Shown here: positions 1 to 9,828 of the stretch, piece after piece
Position numbering within the stretch: position 1 is the first letter of the stretch
Layout of the letters: each line of letters begins with the position of its first letter
Notes under the pieces: model-generated
Told to the model about the DNA's origin: nothing
Database searches by the model: none
Seen by the model: the letters and a program-made list of their open reading frames with translations, nothing else
NCBI GenBank assembly: GCA_017960855.1
Contig: JAGCYJ010000009.1
Coordinates: 1-48,898, forward strand
Length of the DNA stretch: 48,898 nucleotides
Source: Alphaproteobacteria bacterium
GTDB taxonomy: Bacteria; Pseudomonadota; Alphaproteobacteria; Rs-D84
Reading direction: 5' to 3'
Position numbers and translations under genes: made by a program

Positions 1-152
1 TAGATGGTGCAAAAGTTGTTGCCGAAGTGGTTGAACAGAAACGCGCTGACAAAGTTTTGGTGTTCAAGAAAAAACGTCGTCAAAACTATCGTCGGACCAA
101 GGGTCATCGTCAGTTCATTACTGTTCTGAAAATAACGGATATCAAGGGCTAA
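1..152 (+). CDS. rplU: 50S ribosomal protein L21, 3' part (truncated by window edge)
   Basis: Frame 3 reads [49 protein letters not shown], the L21 C-terminal signature (KKKRR..Y....GHRQ); directly upstream of rpmA. Confidence 0.97.
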   Translation, partial: DGAKVVAEVVEQKRADKVLVFKKKRRQNYRRTKGHRQFITVLKITDIKG

Positions 153-164
153 GGAGTTTGAACT

Positions 165-431
165 ATGGCACATAAGAAAGCAGGTTCGGCAACCAGTAAC
201 GGACGCGACTCTGCGGGACGCAGATTAGGCGTTAAAAAATCTGGTGGCAGCCACGTTATCCCAGGTAATATCATCATTCGTCAACGCGGTACAGCAGTGC
301 ACCCGGGTTTGAATGTTGGTATGGGTAAAGATCATACTTTGTTCGCCAAAGTTGCGGGCACTGTGAAGTTCAAACGTGGTTTGGGCGATCGGAAAACCGT
401 ATCGGTTGAGCCAGAAGCCGAAGCAAAATAA
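165..431 (+). CDS. rpmA: 50S ribosomal protein L27
   Basis: [40 protein letters not shown]; AAGGAG RBS at 151-156. Confidence 0.99.
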   Translation: MAHKKAGSATSNGRDSAGRRLGVKKSGGSHVIPGNIIIRQRGTAVHPGLNVGMGKDHTLFAKVAGTVKFKRGLGDRKTVSVEPEAEAK

Positions 432-432
432 T

Positions 433-459
433 AATCCCGCGTCATGCGGGATTTTTTTT
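433..459 (+). terminator. Intrinsic terminator of rplU-rpmA
   Basis: AATCCCGC-gtcat-GCGGGATT followed by T run. Confidence 0.9.
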
Positions 460-491
460 ACAATTTTATTCTCTAAAAACACTTTTCTCTA

Positions 492-521
492 TTTACACGC
501 TTGCTCTGATTATGATATAAT
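492..521 (+). promoter_or_regulatory. Putative sigma70 promoter for the surface-protein genes
   Basis: TTTACA (492-497), 18-nt spacer, extended -10 TGaTATAAT (513-521). Confidence 0.6.
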
Positions 522-532
522 ATATTGTAATA

Positions 533-3500
533 ATGAGGATGTACAAGCCGTTATTTTTACTGATGGCGCTGTTCGTCGGTACCGCATTCGCGGCCGATGG
601 TGTTGTTGCATCGCGCACAATTCCAAGCAATTTGACCAATAATACCACAGATAATGATACGTCCGCGCGTGCGACATCGCGTACAACAGTGTCGCGTTCC
701 AAAGCAACCAGTGATGCAAAAGAAACTTCACGTGGAACGGCGACGGAAACACGTTCAACGGTATCGCGTTCAACAACGGCACGTACAACTAATTCTGCAT
801 CACGTGGTACAACAACACGTACCAGTGGTTCCACAAAAAATACGGTTTCTCGCTCTACTGTGGGTGATATCAACAGTGATCCGGCCGTACGTCGTGCAGG
901 TGTCGTTTTGCGCCCCAGTTTTGCCGACTATGGTGGTCGTGCGACGATTGCGGGTACCGATCGTCAGACGGGTTCTAATATAAACACCGATATTCAAAAA
1001 CTTGCTAATCGTGCAACCAAAAATGTCCAAGCGACCAAGGAATCTATTGCCGATGCACGTGAAAAACTGGAATTGACCGCTGAATTGAATAAGTCATGCC
1101 AAGAACAGTACAACGAATGTATGGACCAGTTCTGTGCGGTTATTGACGCAAATCAGAAACGTTGCAGTTGCAGTTCCAACTTGTCGCGGTACACCAAGGT
1201 TGAAAAGGCCGTTACCGAAGCAAACACTAAATTAAACGAAGTTGCCCAGGCAATACGTTATGTTGGATTGTCGGCGGACGAAATCCGCGCAATTATGACC
1301 GAAACAGAGGCCGAAGAAGCACTGGACGACAACAAAGATACATCAACAACGCGTAATATGTTGAAACAGATTGAATCTATGATCAAGGATCCAACCAGTT
1401 CAACAACATCTTATTCGTCTGATATGACATTTGGTTTTGGTTTGGATATGGATTTGACATTCTCGTCTGATCCGATTGATATATTTAATTTGGAATTTTT
1501 GAATACCAATATGAACAGCGCCAGTATTTCAAAACTGCGTGGAACAGAATTGTATAACACCGCGAAAAAGCGTTGCAATACGATATTGACCCAGTGTAAA
1601 GATGCCGGCGCGACCCAGGCGCAAATAACCGGTAATTATGATTTGGCGATTGACAAAGATTGTCTTGAATACGAGGCCGGTCTTAAAAAGATGAACGACA
1701 CATTATTGTCAAACGTGAAAAGTGCAAACTTGATGTTGCAGAAAGCGCGTTTGGCGGTGATGGAAAATAAAAACCAATATGATGCGCGTGGGTGCGTTGG
1801 TGCGCTGGAGTCCTGTATGAAGGATGACATGGTCTGCGGTGACGATTATTACAAGTGCGTTGACCCAACCAAGACATATATTGATGAAAATGGTGATGTA
1901 GTATTGGGTCAGGATATTACCGTTATTCAGTCGTTCATGACAGCGTATAATAACGCCGCGATTGACAAGGATTATTTGTCCAGTGCATACAGCACAAAAA
2001 TCGGCGCAAATACATGCCAGGGTGACGGAAAGTGTGTTGTAAAATACTTGCTGCAGAAGATTGGCACCAAAGAAAAGGCCACAGACGAAGGTTTGTGCCG
2101 TCCGGTCTTGGATAAGTGCCAGTTATACACATATGACAACAAGAACAATAAATATAAACCATACAATGATGTTGTTGTGAACTATATACAACGCGCAATG
2201 GTTAGTATCAAGGCCGCACAACAGAAGATTATTTCTGACTATGCATCAACATGTATTATGGATGTTGCGACATGCTATAATCAACAGGTTACACAAGTTA
2301 ATTCTTGGGCATCGGCGGCCAGTGTGTCTAATATTTACAGCGTTATGCGTGGTGCATGCCGCAGTGTTGCGTTGACATGCGGTTTAGCGATATTTACCGG
2401 TGAACCAGAAATACCAAATACGGTTGTTGTTGGTGGAACCAGTTATACGGCATCTGGATGTACGCATGTGAATCCAAATATGTCTTATGGTTCTTCGGAT
2501 TATAATGGTGCTATAATCAACTGTGTGTCGGATATGTTCTATCAGTCATTACTGTGTCCAGACAACAGTCAATTCCAGACAACTGAAAAGACAACTGCTG
2601 ATAAAAACGGGACAAATGGTGGTTATGTTAACACCAGATGTAAATGTAACGATGGTTATACAGTTTGGGGCGGTGCCTGTGTCGTGGCATGTGGTCCCGG
2701 TCAAAAGAGAAGTAGCAGTGGAACCTGTTGGTGTTCGGATGATCAGAATCCTGAGTATACGGAATTAAGAAACGGCGTGTGTTATAAGCCGAACAGTAAT
2801 GAAGCGCACCCGGATAGTGATGTCACGACAAATTCCAGCAGCAGTACACCTACACAAGTATATTTAGTAAGTTTTACTTGTGGCACAAATGGAACGGGTA
2901 GTGGCCAGACCATAAGCGTTAATGCCGGTACTAATATCAATTTGAATTCGTATAATGGGTTGTGTAGTGCAACATCGGGTTATGAATTCAGCGGTTGGTC
3001 TTGTGGCAGTGGCACTGGTACGATCCGCATTGATGGTCCTTTGTCCTGCGAGGCACAATGGAGAAGTACTGGATCATCAACACCGTCAACACCGACGACA
3101 CAAAAGTATACATTGAGATATACTTGTGACGATGCCACTGGTGGAAATCCGCCAAATTCTGTATCTAATATTAGTGCAGGAACTTCTTGGAATCTGCCAT
3201 CTGGTGCTGGTGATTGTTACAAAACGGGAAGTTCGTTTAATGGTTGGAAGTGTACTGGTAGCAACGATATTGTTGCCAGTGTTACCGTCAATGGTGATAC
3301 GACATGTGCGGCACAATGGACCAACAATGGTGGCATTACCCCAGATACAACAGTATATGTGACATTTGACTGTGGCGCCCATTCAAGCACGGGGACATGG
3401 CAAGAATCTGCTAATAATGGTTCTCTTTACGTGAATACATATAATAGTTATTGTGTGCCTGAAAGTGGTTATACGTTTAGTTCGTGGTCTTGTGGCAGTG

Positions 3501-4234
3501 GTACTATTACGGTAACCAATGGTACGACATGTACTGCACAATGGACAGGTTCAACACCGACGACACAAAAGTATACGTTGACATATACTTGTGGCGAAGC
3601 CACTGGTGGAAATCCGCCAAATTCTGTATCTAATATTAGTGCAGGAACTTCTTGGAATCTGCCATCTGGTGCTGGTGATTGTTACAAAACGGGAAGCACA
3701 TTTAATGGTTGGAAGTGTACTGGTAGCAATAACATTGTCACAAGTGTTCCCGTCAATGGTGATACGACATGTGTGGCACAATGGACCAATAATAGCGGTG
3801 TTACCCCAGAAGCAACGGTATATGTGACATTTAACTGTGGTGAACATTCAAGTACGGGAACATGGCAAGAATCTGCCAATAATGGTTCTCTTTACGTGAA
3901 TGCATATAATAATTATTGTATACCTGAAAGTGGCTATGTGTTTGATTCTTGGTCTTGTGGCAGTGGTACTATTACGGTAACCAATGGTACGACATGTACG
4001 GCGCAGTGGAGCGAATCAAGCAACACAGATCTTGCGCCACAAGCAGTGACAACGGCAAATCAGTTAAATAGCGAAACCAATAATTCATTGCAGGCCACAC
4101 CGTTAAGATCTAGTAGTTCATATTCGTTAATTCAGACGACGGATATGTGTATGCTGTATTCCACCCCAAGTGGCACAAGTACCAGCGATTTTGTCGCTAT
4201 GACGGATTGTAGTATAGATCTTAATTCACTGTAA
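533..4234 (+). CDS. Large secreted Cys-rich protein (1233 aa): signal peptide, R/T/S/A-rich leader, Cys-rich helical core, EGF-like segment, five Cys-containing InlB B-repeat-like modules
   Basis: Signal peptide ending TAFA; core CQEQYNECMDQFC..KRCSCS; C-terminal modules with Y.(V/L).(F/Y).C ... G(Y/S).F..W.C ... C.AQW. Confidence 0.75.
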   Translation: MRMYKPLFLLMALFVGTAFAADGVVASRTIPSNLTNNTTDNDTSARATSRTTVSRSKATSDAKETSRGTATETRSTVSRSTTARTTNSASRGTTTRTSGSTKNTVSRSTVGDINSDPAVRRAGVVLRPSFADYGGRATIAGTDRQTGSNINTDIQKLANRATKNVQATKESIADAREKLELTAELNKSCQEQYNECMDQFCAVIDANQKRCSCSSNLSRYTKVEKAVTEANTKLNEVAQAIRYVGLSADEIRAIMTETEAEEALDDNKDTSTTRNMLKQIESMIKDPTSSTTSYSSDMTFGFGLDMDLTFSSDPIDIFNLEFLNTNMNSASISKLRGTELYNTAKKRCNTILTQCKDAGATQAQITGNYDLAIDKDCLEYEAGLKKMNDTLLSNVKSANLMLQKARLAVMENKNQYDARGCVGALESCMKDDMVCGDDYYKCVDPTKTYIDENGDVVLGQDITVIQSFMTAYNNAAIDKDYLSSAYSTKIGANTCQGDGKCVVKYLLQKIGTKEKATDEGLCRPVLDKCQLYTYDNKNNKYKPYNDVVVNYIQRAMVSIKAAQQKIISDYASTCIMDVATCYNQQVTQVNSWASAASVSNIYSVMRGACRSVALTCGLAIFTGEPEIPNTVVVGGTSYTASGCTHVNPNMSYGSSDYNGAIINCVSDMFYQSLLCPDNSQFQTTEKTTADKNGTNGGYVNTRCKCNDGYTVWGGACVVACGPGQKRSSSGTCWCSDDQNPEYTELRNGVCYKPNSNEAHPDSDVTTNSSSSTPTQVYLVSFTCGTNGTGSGQTISVNAGTNINLNSYNGLCSATSGYEFSGWSCGSGTGTIRIDGPLSCEAQWRSTGSSTPSTPTTQKYTLRYTCDDATGGNPPNSVSNISAGTSWNLPSGAGDCYKTGSSFNGWKCTGSNDIVASVTVNGDTTCAAQWTNNGGITPDTTVYVTFDCGAHSSTGTWQESANNGSLYVNTYNSYCVPESGYTFSSWSCGSGTITVTNGTTCTAQWTGSTPTTQKYTLTYTCGEATGGNPPNSVSNISAGTSWNLPSGAGDCYKTGSTFNGWKCTGSNNIVTSVPVNGDTTCVAQWTNNSGVTPEATVYVTFNCGEHSSTGTWQESANNGSLYVNAYNNYCIPESGYVFDSWSCGSGTITVTNGTTCTAQWSESSNTDLAPQAVTTANQLNSETNNSLQATPLRSSSSYSLIQTTDMCMLYSTPSGTSTSDFVAMTDCSIDLNSL
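3086..4009 (+). repeat. 465-bp tandem duplication inside the 533-4234 CDS (copies 3086-3550 and 3551-~4009)
   Basis: tcaacaccgacgacacaaaagtatac starts at 3086 and 3551; long identical runs with scattered substitutions; shadow ORFs also recur at a 465-bp offset. Confidence 0.95.
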
Positions 4235-4267
4235 CAAAATTAGCGGGGATAAGAAACTGGTCATAAG

Positions 4268-7200
4268 ATGATATCAAAAACCGTGAAATTATTTATGACT
4301 GCTGTGACCGTATGTTTCGCATCCGGGGTTGGATTTTCTCATGCTGCACAACGTAATATTGAAGCCGCAAAAACGGCCGCAGTGGCGCGTTCAACAACGT
4401 CACGTACTGCAACGGCAACAAAAACAACCGCAGCGCGTACCACCACAAACAGAACAACACAGACACGTGCCACAACGGCGGAAAAAACAACCACTGCACG
4501 TGTTGCAACAAATGCGGTTCAATCACGTTCTAATTCATCCACACAAAAATCTGTGTCAAAACGCGCGGCGACGACCGCTCGTGCTGTTCGTGCGCGTGCC
4601 GGGGAAACAAATCAAGTTGTTACGCCAAAATCGGCATCTCTTTCCGGTGGAAATGCATCTGTGGTCAAGATGTATGTCGGTAACGATATTACCGGCAAAT
4701 ATGCAAACTTACAGAAGTATGTGGAATTATCTGGCAACATGGGGTATGTGTCGTTGCTGAAAGAGAGCAACCAATTACCAAACTTGATCACATTATTTGA
4801 TAATATATCCGCAGAAAATACAAATCTAAGAATAGATGGTGTCTTTAAAGGTACAGATGCGACTAACGAAAAAGATATCGTTTATTATGACAATGGGGCG
4901 GCCAAGGAAGATACTGATGATATAACGCCAGGTTCATCTATAAACATGATTGCAAGTGCGACGGTTGGCACGCCGTCCGAAGAACCTGTAAGTGGTGGTG
5001 GTGCGGGAACCGTGACACAATGTCCATCTTTTGCCGGTACGCTAACGGCATGGAACAGTCGGCATAACACTAATACGACGGCATCTGATGTAAAACGCAC
5101 TGTTGGTGCAAATAGTACGAATGTAGCAGATTGTGCGATAATAGTAGAGGATGCCGATGGTTTTTGCCGAATGGCGCGTTGGAATGGTAAGACCTATGGT
5201 TATTATGACGGGGCGTTGACATATGCGGATCCTGTTGTTAATTGCGACAAACAAAATTCACATTTGGATGAAACTGTGACGGTGGATGTTGATGCTGATA
5301 TAGATTCAGCATATTCAAACATGACGTTTGAAGCGGTCAGGATTGGAATTGAATTTGGTCAGCCATTACCATCGTTGGCACCACTGAAAGACAACAGAAC
5401 GAATAGAGTATTAGATTTTTCTGGGGTATATAAAACCCGCTCCGTTGGGACGACGAATGGTGTCCAAAGTGGGTCGGGGCAAATCTGGAACAATGCTGGT
5501 GAACCAATTGTCAGTATTTCTAATGCAAGTGCATTTAAGAATGCATTTTCATATAGCAGTTATCAGAAAATGTATTTTGCATATGCTGTGTGGAACAAGG
5601 GGGCTGCGACCGTTGAAAATACCTGCTCTAATAAATTATCTGATTATCAAGGACGCATGACGGGTGATACCTTTATTAAACCTGTGCAGACAACAAATCA
5701 ATCAACCCTTGCGGGCATAGAAGATTGTGCGGCGATTGTGCACGATTCTATTGGCTTATGTTGGGCGTTGAAAATGAATAATAGTGCGCGTCAGTTAATT
5801 CCATGCGCAGATGAAATAAATACTTATAACCTGGGCTATGGTATGGTCAGAATGAACCAATTTACCCCGTCGGGATATAATCCAGATACGTATGAGAGTC
5901 CCAATACATATTATTTCTTGCCATGGGCTTACAATTACCCTGTATCTTTGATGGATACAAGTAATGGTTATACAAGGGTGTTCAGATTCAGAACCACTGT
6001 TGGTTCTTCTTATGGCAAGGATGAAAATGGTAATACGGGGATGTTGCAATTACCGGATTTAACAAAATATGTGAACAACCTGACACCACCAGAGGGAAAG
6101 AAGTTTGCGGGTATATACAGCATGTGGGGTAAAGATGTCACAGAAACATATCATATTGATGGCACTGCGGGTGGCGACTTTACATTTACATCCACAAAAC
6201 TTTATGATGAAACGGGCAAAGCGGTAAAGCAATATATAAAGCTGGATGATTTGCCATGGACATATCCTGGATTGGCAAATACAGGTGGTCGGCCATTCTA
6301 TATGTTTATAATATGGGACGATGTGGAACCCCAGGGTGACGATTCGTGCCCGGTGTTTGATAAAAGTGTCCAAGGTTCTGCGTGGAATAGCATAACGCCA
6401 ACAAAGTATGTTCGGGCGAAAAATGCGGCGGACAGAAAATCTGACAAAACCGATTGCGCCATAATTTACGAAGATGCAGACGGTTTCTGTCGTATTGCCC
6501 CGTATAAGGTTCAGCCGGCATCTCAAGGGTTGCCCGCAATCAGTGTTTATACGGACAGTATTTATAAAGGTGACGGTAAGTGGATCATTTCATCGCCCAC
6601 GGGTGGACTTGTTGTTGATTGCAACAAAGAATATTCAGATATAGATGCAGAATTGTTGGTTTTAACACACGCCGGCGGAATAAAGTCCGCGTATGATGAA
6701 ACACAAACGCTGTTGTTTAATCAGTTAAGAATTGGCATAAATTATGGTGAAACATTGCCATCACTTGCACCGTTTGTTGAGTTGAACAAATATTATTCGC
6801 CAAATGCGGTTTTGGTTGGTGGATTTAGTAAAAATCATATGAGTGCGGGTGGGCAACCGTGCGCTGGCATATCCGCGGGTGGTTGTGTGTCTTTGCCAGA
6901 AAGCGAAAAATATTGGGGTGCAGATGGAAATCCGGTTAAAACAATCGCAAATCAAACCGAAATACAAAACAACTTTGATGGACACGATGGGGTGTATGAG
7001 CCGTCGCTGTTGTGGAACACCGTAAATGAGACGGTTGCCGATTGCCCAGTGCCCACGGGTGTAAAATGTGCATCTGGTGACACAAGTTGTTCAAATGCAA
7101 AAAGATATCCGCATTATTGGACGCAGAATGGACTGATGTCTTCAGCGGACGTTGCAACATTTGTTCAAAATTCTACATTTGTGCGAAATGTTTTATTATT

Positions 7201-9058
7201 CGGTAACACACAGAATGGAATTGCGAAGTGTGGCGCAATAATTCGTGATGGCGATGGATTATGTTGGGTTATGGAAAATAATCGTGAGTGTACATCAGGA
7301 ACCGACTCTTGCATGTATAGGGTGATGGATTGCGACCTTAGCAAATATACAATTGAAAGTGATGGTACATTGCCGTGGAGTGCGGGCGGACAAAGAATAA
7401 AGAACATATATATTGACGATAGTTGGGACATGAATGGTAATGGCAAGGGCAAACTGGTAACCCCAACTAATCCAACAGGAATTGGTGGGATAATCAAGAT
7501 ACTGTATCAATGGGAAGGCGACACCAGTAAGAACTTGGTGTTCCCAGATTTAAGCGGGCTGGTGTCAAATATGGAACACTATGTTTGGAACAGTACACAA
7601 CATGCGTGGGAAAAATCAAATAAACAGTTTGCGGGTATTTATTCAAACAAAGATTGTTCGGGAACACCTTATTATGACGATACGGGCAAGCCAATACACT
7701 CCACTATGACATTTAGCGAAGTGGGCAATATGTATATGTGTTGGACGGATGAAGAGGATGAAGAAGAACCATCGGAACCGGTAATGCCGGATGATTACGA
7801 TTGCCCATCTGTTGATGAGTCGCTTTCAAGTTATGCAAATGCCAATGCAAATATAAGTGATGGACATTTGTTGTCAGCGCCAGATGGTGAAACAATTAGC
7901 AGTCAAAGTGCTTGTACATGGATGTTCACGGACGGCGATGGCATGTGCCGGATTGGTACATATACTTATAAAGTGGGCAGCAAAACATACTATGATTGGA
8001 ATGATTCAATCGTTGCGTGCAATACCACGACAATTGGAAACGACCACGGTTTTGATGTGGATGTTGGACCGATTATGGACACGGTGCCAACCGCTTTCTG
8101 GGATCAGGATTATTTGAGATTAGAAGATCGGTTGACATACAGATATAACACAACATTACCATCTTTGAAACCATATGTTGATGCGGCAAAAGAAGGCAGT
8201 ATATCTGGACATTACACGTTCATGGGCGGATATGTCGGTGATAGTTGCAGCGTCACATACTCCAATGGTGTGCCAAGCATTGGTTCGGGTTGTACACGTG
8301 TTTATAATGACGATGGAACACCGGCAAAGACGTTGTCATCATCTGATTCAGATGAATTGACATTAGCGTGGGATTATTCGGATAATTCTTGGGCTAATTA
8401 TGCCAGTATTTGCCCGACGACACGCGCAGAATATAACAAGGATTTCAATATAAATTCTGGTTATAGCTTCCCAGAAGATGAGGTTAGTGCATCTTGTACA
8501 GTACAACGTGCATTGGTCACATCAAATAATTCCGTAATTAGCCCTGCATCAGATTGTGCCATTTTATGTGAAGATACACTGGACGTTTGTTATGCGAAGA
8601 CAACCGGCCAAGACAAACCGAGCAATACCGGTGGTTCAACGGGTATGGTGTCGTGCGATACGACCGGATATGTGGATACAACTAAATCGGTGCGAATCTT
8701 GGATGATGGTAGCGAAGGTAATGCGATTAATACGGTTCGTTACCAAACATATCTTAAAGATTATGCTATAAGATCTGAACATATGATAATATTTGTCCAG
8801 CCATCTAACACATGGCCATCGGTTTCGAATTTGATTGCTGACCTGTATCATTGTGGTGGTGCGAATAGTCACGATGGATGTACGAATGGGGACGATGGTA
8901 AAACATTCCGCGGTATTTATACTGAACCGAATTGCGCCGGCACCCAGATTTACGACGAAAACGGAGATTATAACACCAGCACATCTGTCACGTATGAAGA
9001 TTTACCCGCGGTTGTGTGGGGAGATAACGATAAAAAAGTATACATGTGCTGGCAGTAA
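4268..9058 (+). CDS. Large secreted modular protein (1596 aa): signal peptide, R/T/A-rich leader, six diverged Cys-bridged modules
   Basis: Signal peptide ending FSHA; six C-x5-D-x2-(G/D)-x-C motifs (e.g. DCAIIVEDADGFCR), each followed by (L/F/W)P(S/D)(L/V) ... G.(Y/F) ... (Y/W)...G segments. Confidence 0.7.
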   Translation: MISKTVKLFMTAVTVCFASGVGFSHAAQRNIEAAKTAAVARSTTSRTATATKTTAARTTTNRTTQTRATTAEKTTTARVATNAVQSRSNSSTQKSVSKRAATTARAVRARAGETNQVVTPKSASLSGGNASVVKMYVGNDITGKYANLQKYVELSGNMGYVSLLKESNQLPNLITLFDNISAENTNLRIDGVFKGTDATNEKDIVYYDNGAAKEDTDDITPGSSINMIASATVGTPSEEPVSGGGAGTVTQCPSFAGTLTAWNSRHNTNTTASDVKRTVGANSTNVADCAIIVEDADGFCRMARWNGKTYGYYDGALTYADPVVNCDKQNSHLDETVTVDVDADIDSAYSNMTFEAVRIGIEFGQPLPSLAPLKDNRTNRVLDFSGVYKTRSVGTTNGVQSGSGQIWNNAGEPIVSISNASAFKNAFSYSSYQKMYFAYAVWNKGAATVENTCSNKLSDYQGRMTGDTFIKPVQTTNQSTLAGIEDCAAIVHDSIGLCWALKMNNSARQLIPCADEINTYNLGYGMVRMNQFTPSGYNPDTYESPNTYYFLPWAYNYPVSLMDTSNGYTRVFRFRTTVGSSYGKDENGNTGMLQLPDLTKYVNNLTPPEGKKFAGIYSMWGKDVTETYHIDGTAGGDFTFTSTKLYDETGKAVKQYIKLDDLPWTYPGLANTGGRPFYMFIIWDDVEPQGDDSCPVFDKSVQGSAWNSITPTKYVRAKNAADRKSDKTDCAIIYEDADGFCRIAPYKVQPASQGLPAISVYTDSIYKGDGKWIISSPTGGLVVDCNKEYSDIDAELLVLTHAGGIKSAYDETQTLLFNQLRIGINYGETLPSLAPFVELNKYYSPNAVLVGGFSKNHMSAGGQPCAGISAGGCVSLPESEKYWGADGNPVKTIANQTEIQNNFDGHDGVYEPSLLWNTVNETVADCPVPTGVKCASGDTSCSNAKRYPHYWTQNGLMSSADVATFVQNSTFVRNVLLFGNTQNGIAKCGAIIRDGDGLCWVMENNRECTSGTDSCMYRVMDCDLSKYTIESDGTLPWSAGGQRIKNIYIDDSWDMNGNGKGKLVTPTNPTGIGGIIKILYQWEGDTSKNLVFPDLSGLVSNMEHYVWNSTQHAWEKSNKQFAGIYSNKDCSGTPYYDDTGKPIHSTMTFSEVGNMYMCWTDEEDEEEPSEPVMPDDYDCPSVDESLSSYANANANISDGHLLSAPDGETISSQSACTWMFTDGDGMCRIGTYTYKVGSKTYYDWNDSIVACNTTTIGNDHGFDVDVGPIMDTVPTAFWDQDYLRLEDRLTYRYNTTLPSLKPYVDAAKEGSISGHYTFMGGYVGDSCSVTYSNGVPSIGSGCTRVYNDDGTPAKTLSSSDSDELTLAWDYSDNSWANYASICPTTRAEYNKDFNINSGYSFPEDEVSASCTVQRALVTSNNSVISPASDCAILCEDTLDVCYAKTTGQDKPSNTGGSTGMVSCDTTGYVDTTKSVRILDDGSEGNAINTVRYQTYLKDYAIRSEHMIIFVQPSNTWPSVSNLIADLYHCGGANSHDGCTNGDDGKTFRGIYTEPNCAGTQIYDENGDYNTSTSVTYEDLPAVVWGDNDKKVYMCWQ

Positions 9059-9094
9059 TCTGTCCCCAGTGGAATATCAACAATTTCTTACACG

Positions 9095-9772
9095 TTAACC
9101 CGCGATTTTTTCCATAAATGCGTTATGGTTGGCAAGCTCTTCGTCATGTGGTGCAAATGTGCGATATGGAAATGTTTCGCCAATTTTTGGATGCGCCAAG
9201 AAAGCATCGTGTTGTTTCGCGATAACGTCGTTGATATCTGGTGCCGGTGCGGTGTTTTCCAATTCCAAGAACACCTTGGCCAGAATCTCGGCGTCAATAA
9301 GCGCACCGTGTGCATCTGCACGTGCAGTAAGGGAAATACCATACCATTTCGCAAGCGCGTCCAGTGAATAACTCTTGGGCCCAAAAACGCGGTTGCGTGC
9401 AATCACGATGGAATCAAGTTGTTGCGGACGCGGAATCGGGGGCAAACCCAACATTTCCAATTCATGATTCATAAACGGAAAGTCAAAATCTAAACCATTG
9501 TGTGCAACAACCGGTGCATCACCGATAAACTCCAAAAACTTTGGTGCAATTACCGACATTTTCGGTTTGTCTTCCAAAAAAGCATTAGAGATTTTATGGA
9601 CCATATACGAATCGGGTGGGATTATTTTCCCATCTGGATTGATATATTCATGGAAAGTGCGTTCAGTGATAACGCCGTCGGCGATTTCAACCGCGCCAAT
9701 CTCTATACAGCGGTCACCCCGCATATATTCAAAGCCGGTTGTTTCAATATCAAAACAAATGACCCTTTTCAT
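9095..9772 (-). CDS. dnaQ: DNA polymerase III epsilon subunit (DEDDh exonuclease)
   Basis: ExoI FDIETTG, DRCIEIGAVE, ExoII AHNGLDFD, ExoIII HGALIDAEIL. Confidence 0.95.
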   Translation of the reverse strand: MKRVICFDIETTGFEYMRGDRCIEIGAVEIADGVITERTFHEYINPDGKIIPPDSYMVHKISNAFLEDKPKMSVIAPKFLEFIGDAPVVAHNGLDFDFPFMNHELEMLGLPPIPRPQQLDSIVIARNRVFGPKSYSLDALAKWYGISLTARADAHGALIDAEILAKVFLELENTAPAPDINDVIAKQHDAFLAHPKIGETFPYRTFAPHDEELANHNAFMEKIAG

Positions 9773-9828
9773 TCCCCGTCCCGCAAAATAATCTGTTTAA
9801 ATCTGAAAGTTTAGTGTATTATAAAGAA

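Noticed and set aside
3086-4009. 465-bp repeat pair as a DGR template/variable repeat
   Set aside because: Differences include G/C and T/A changes rather than adenine-only ones, both copies are in-frame in one CDS, and no reverse transcriptase is present
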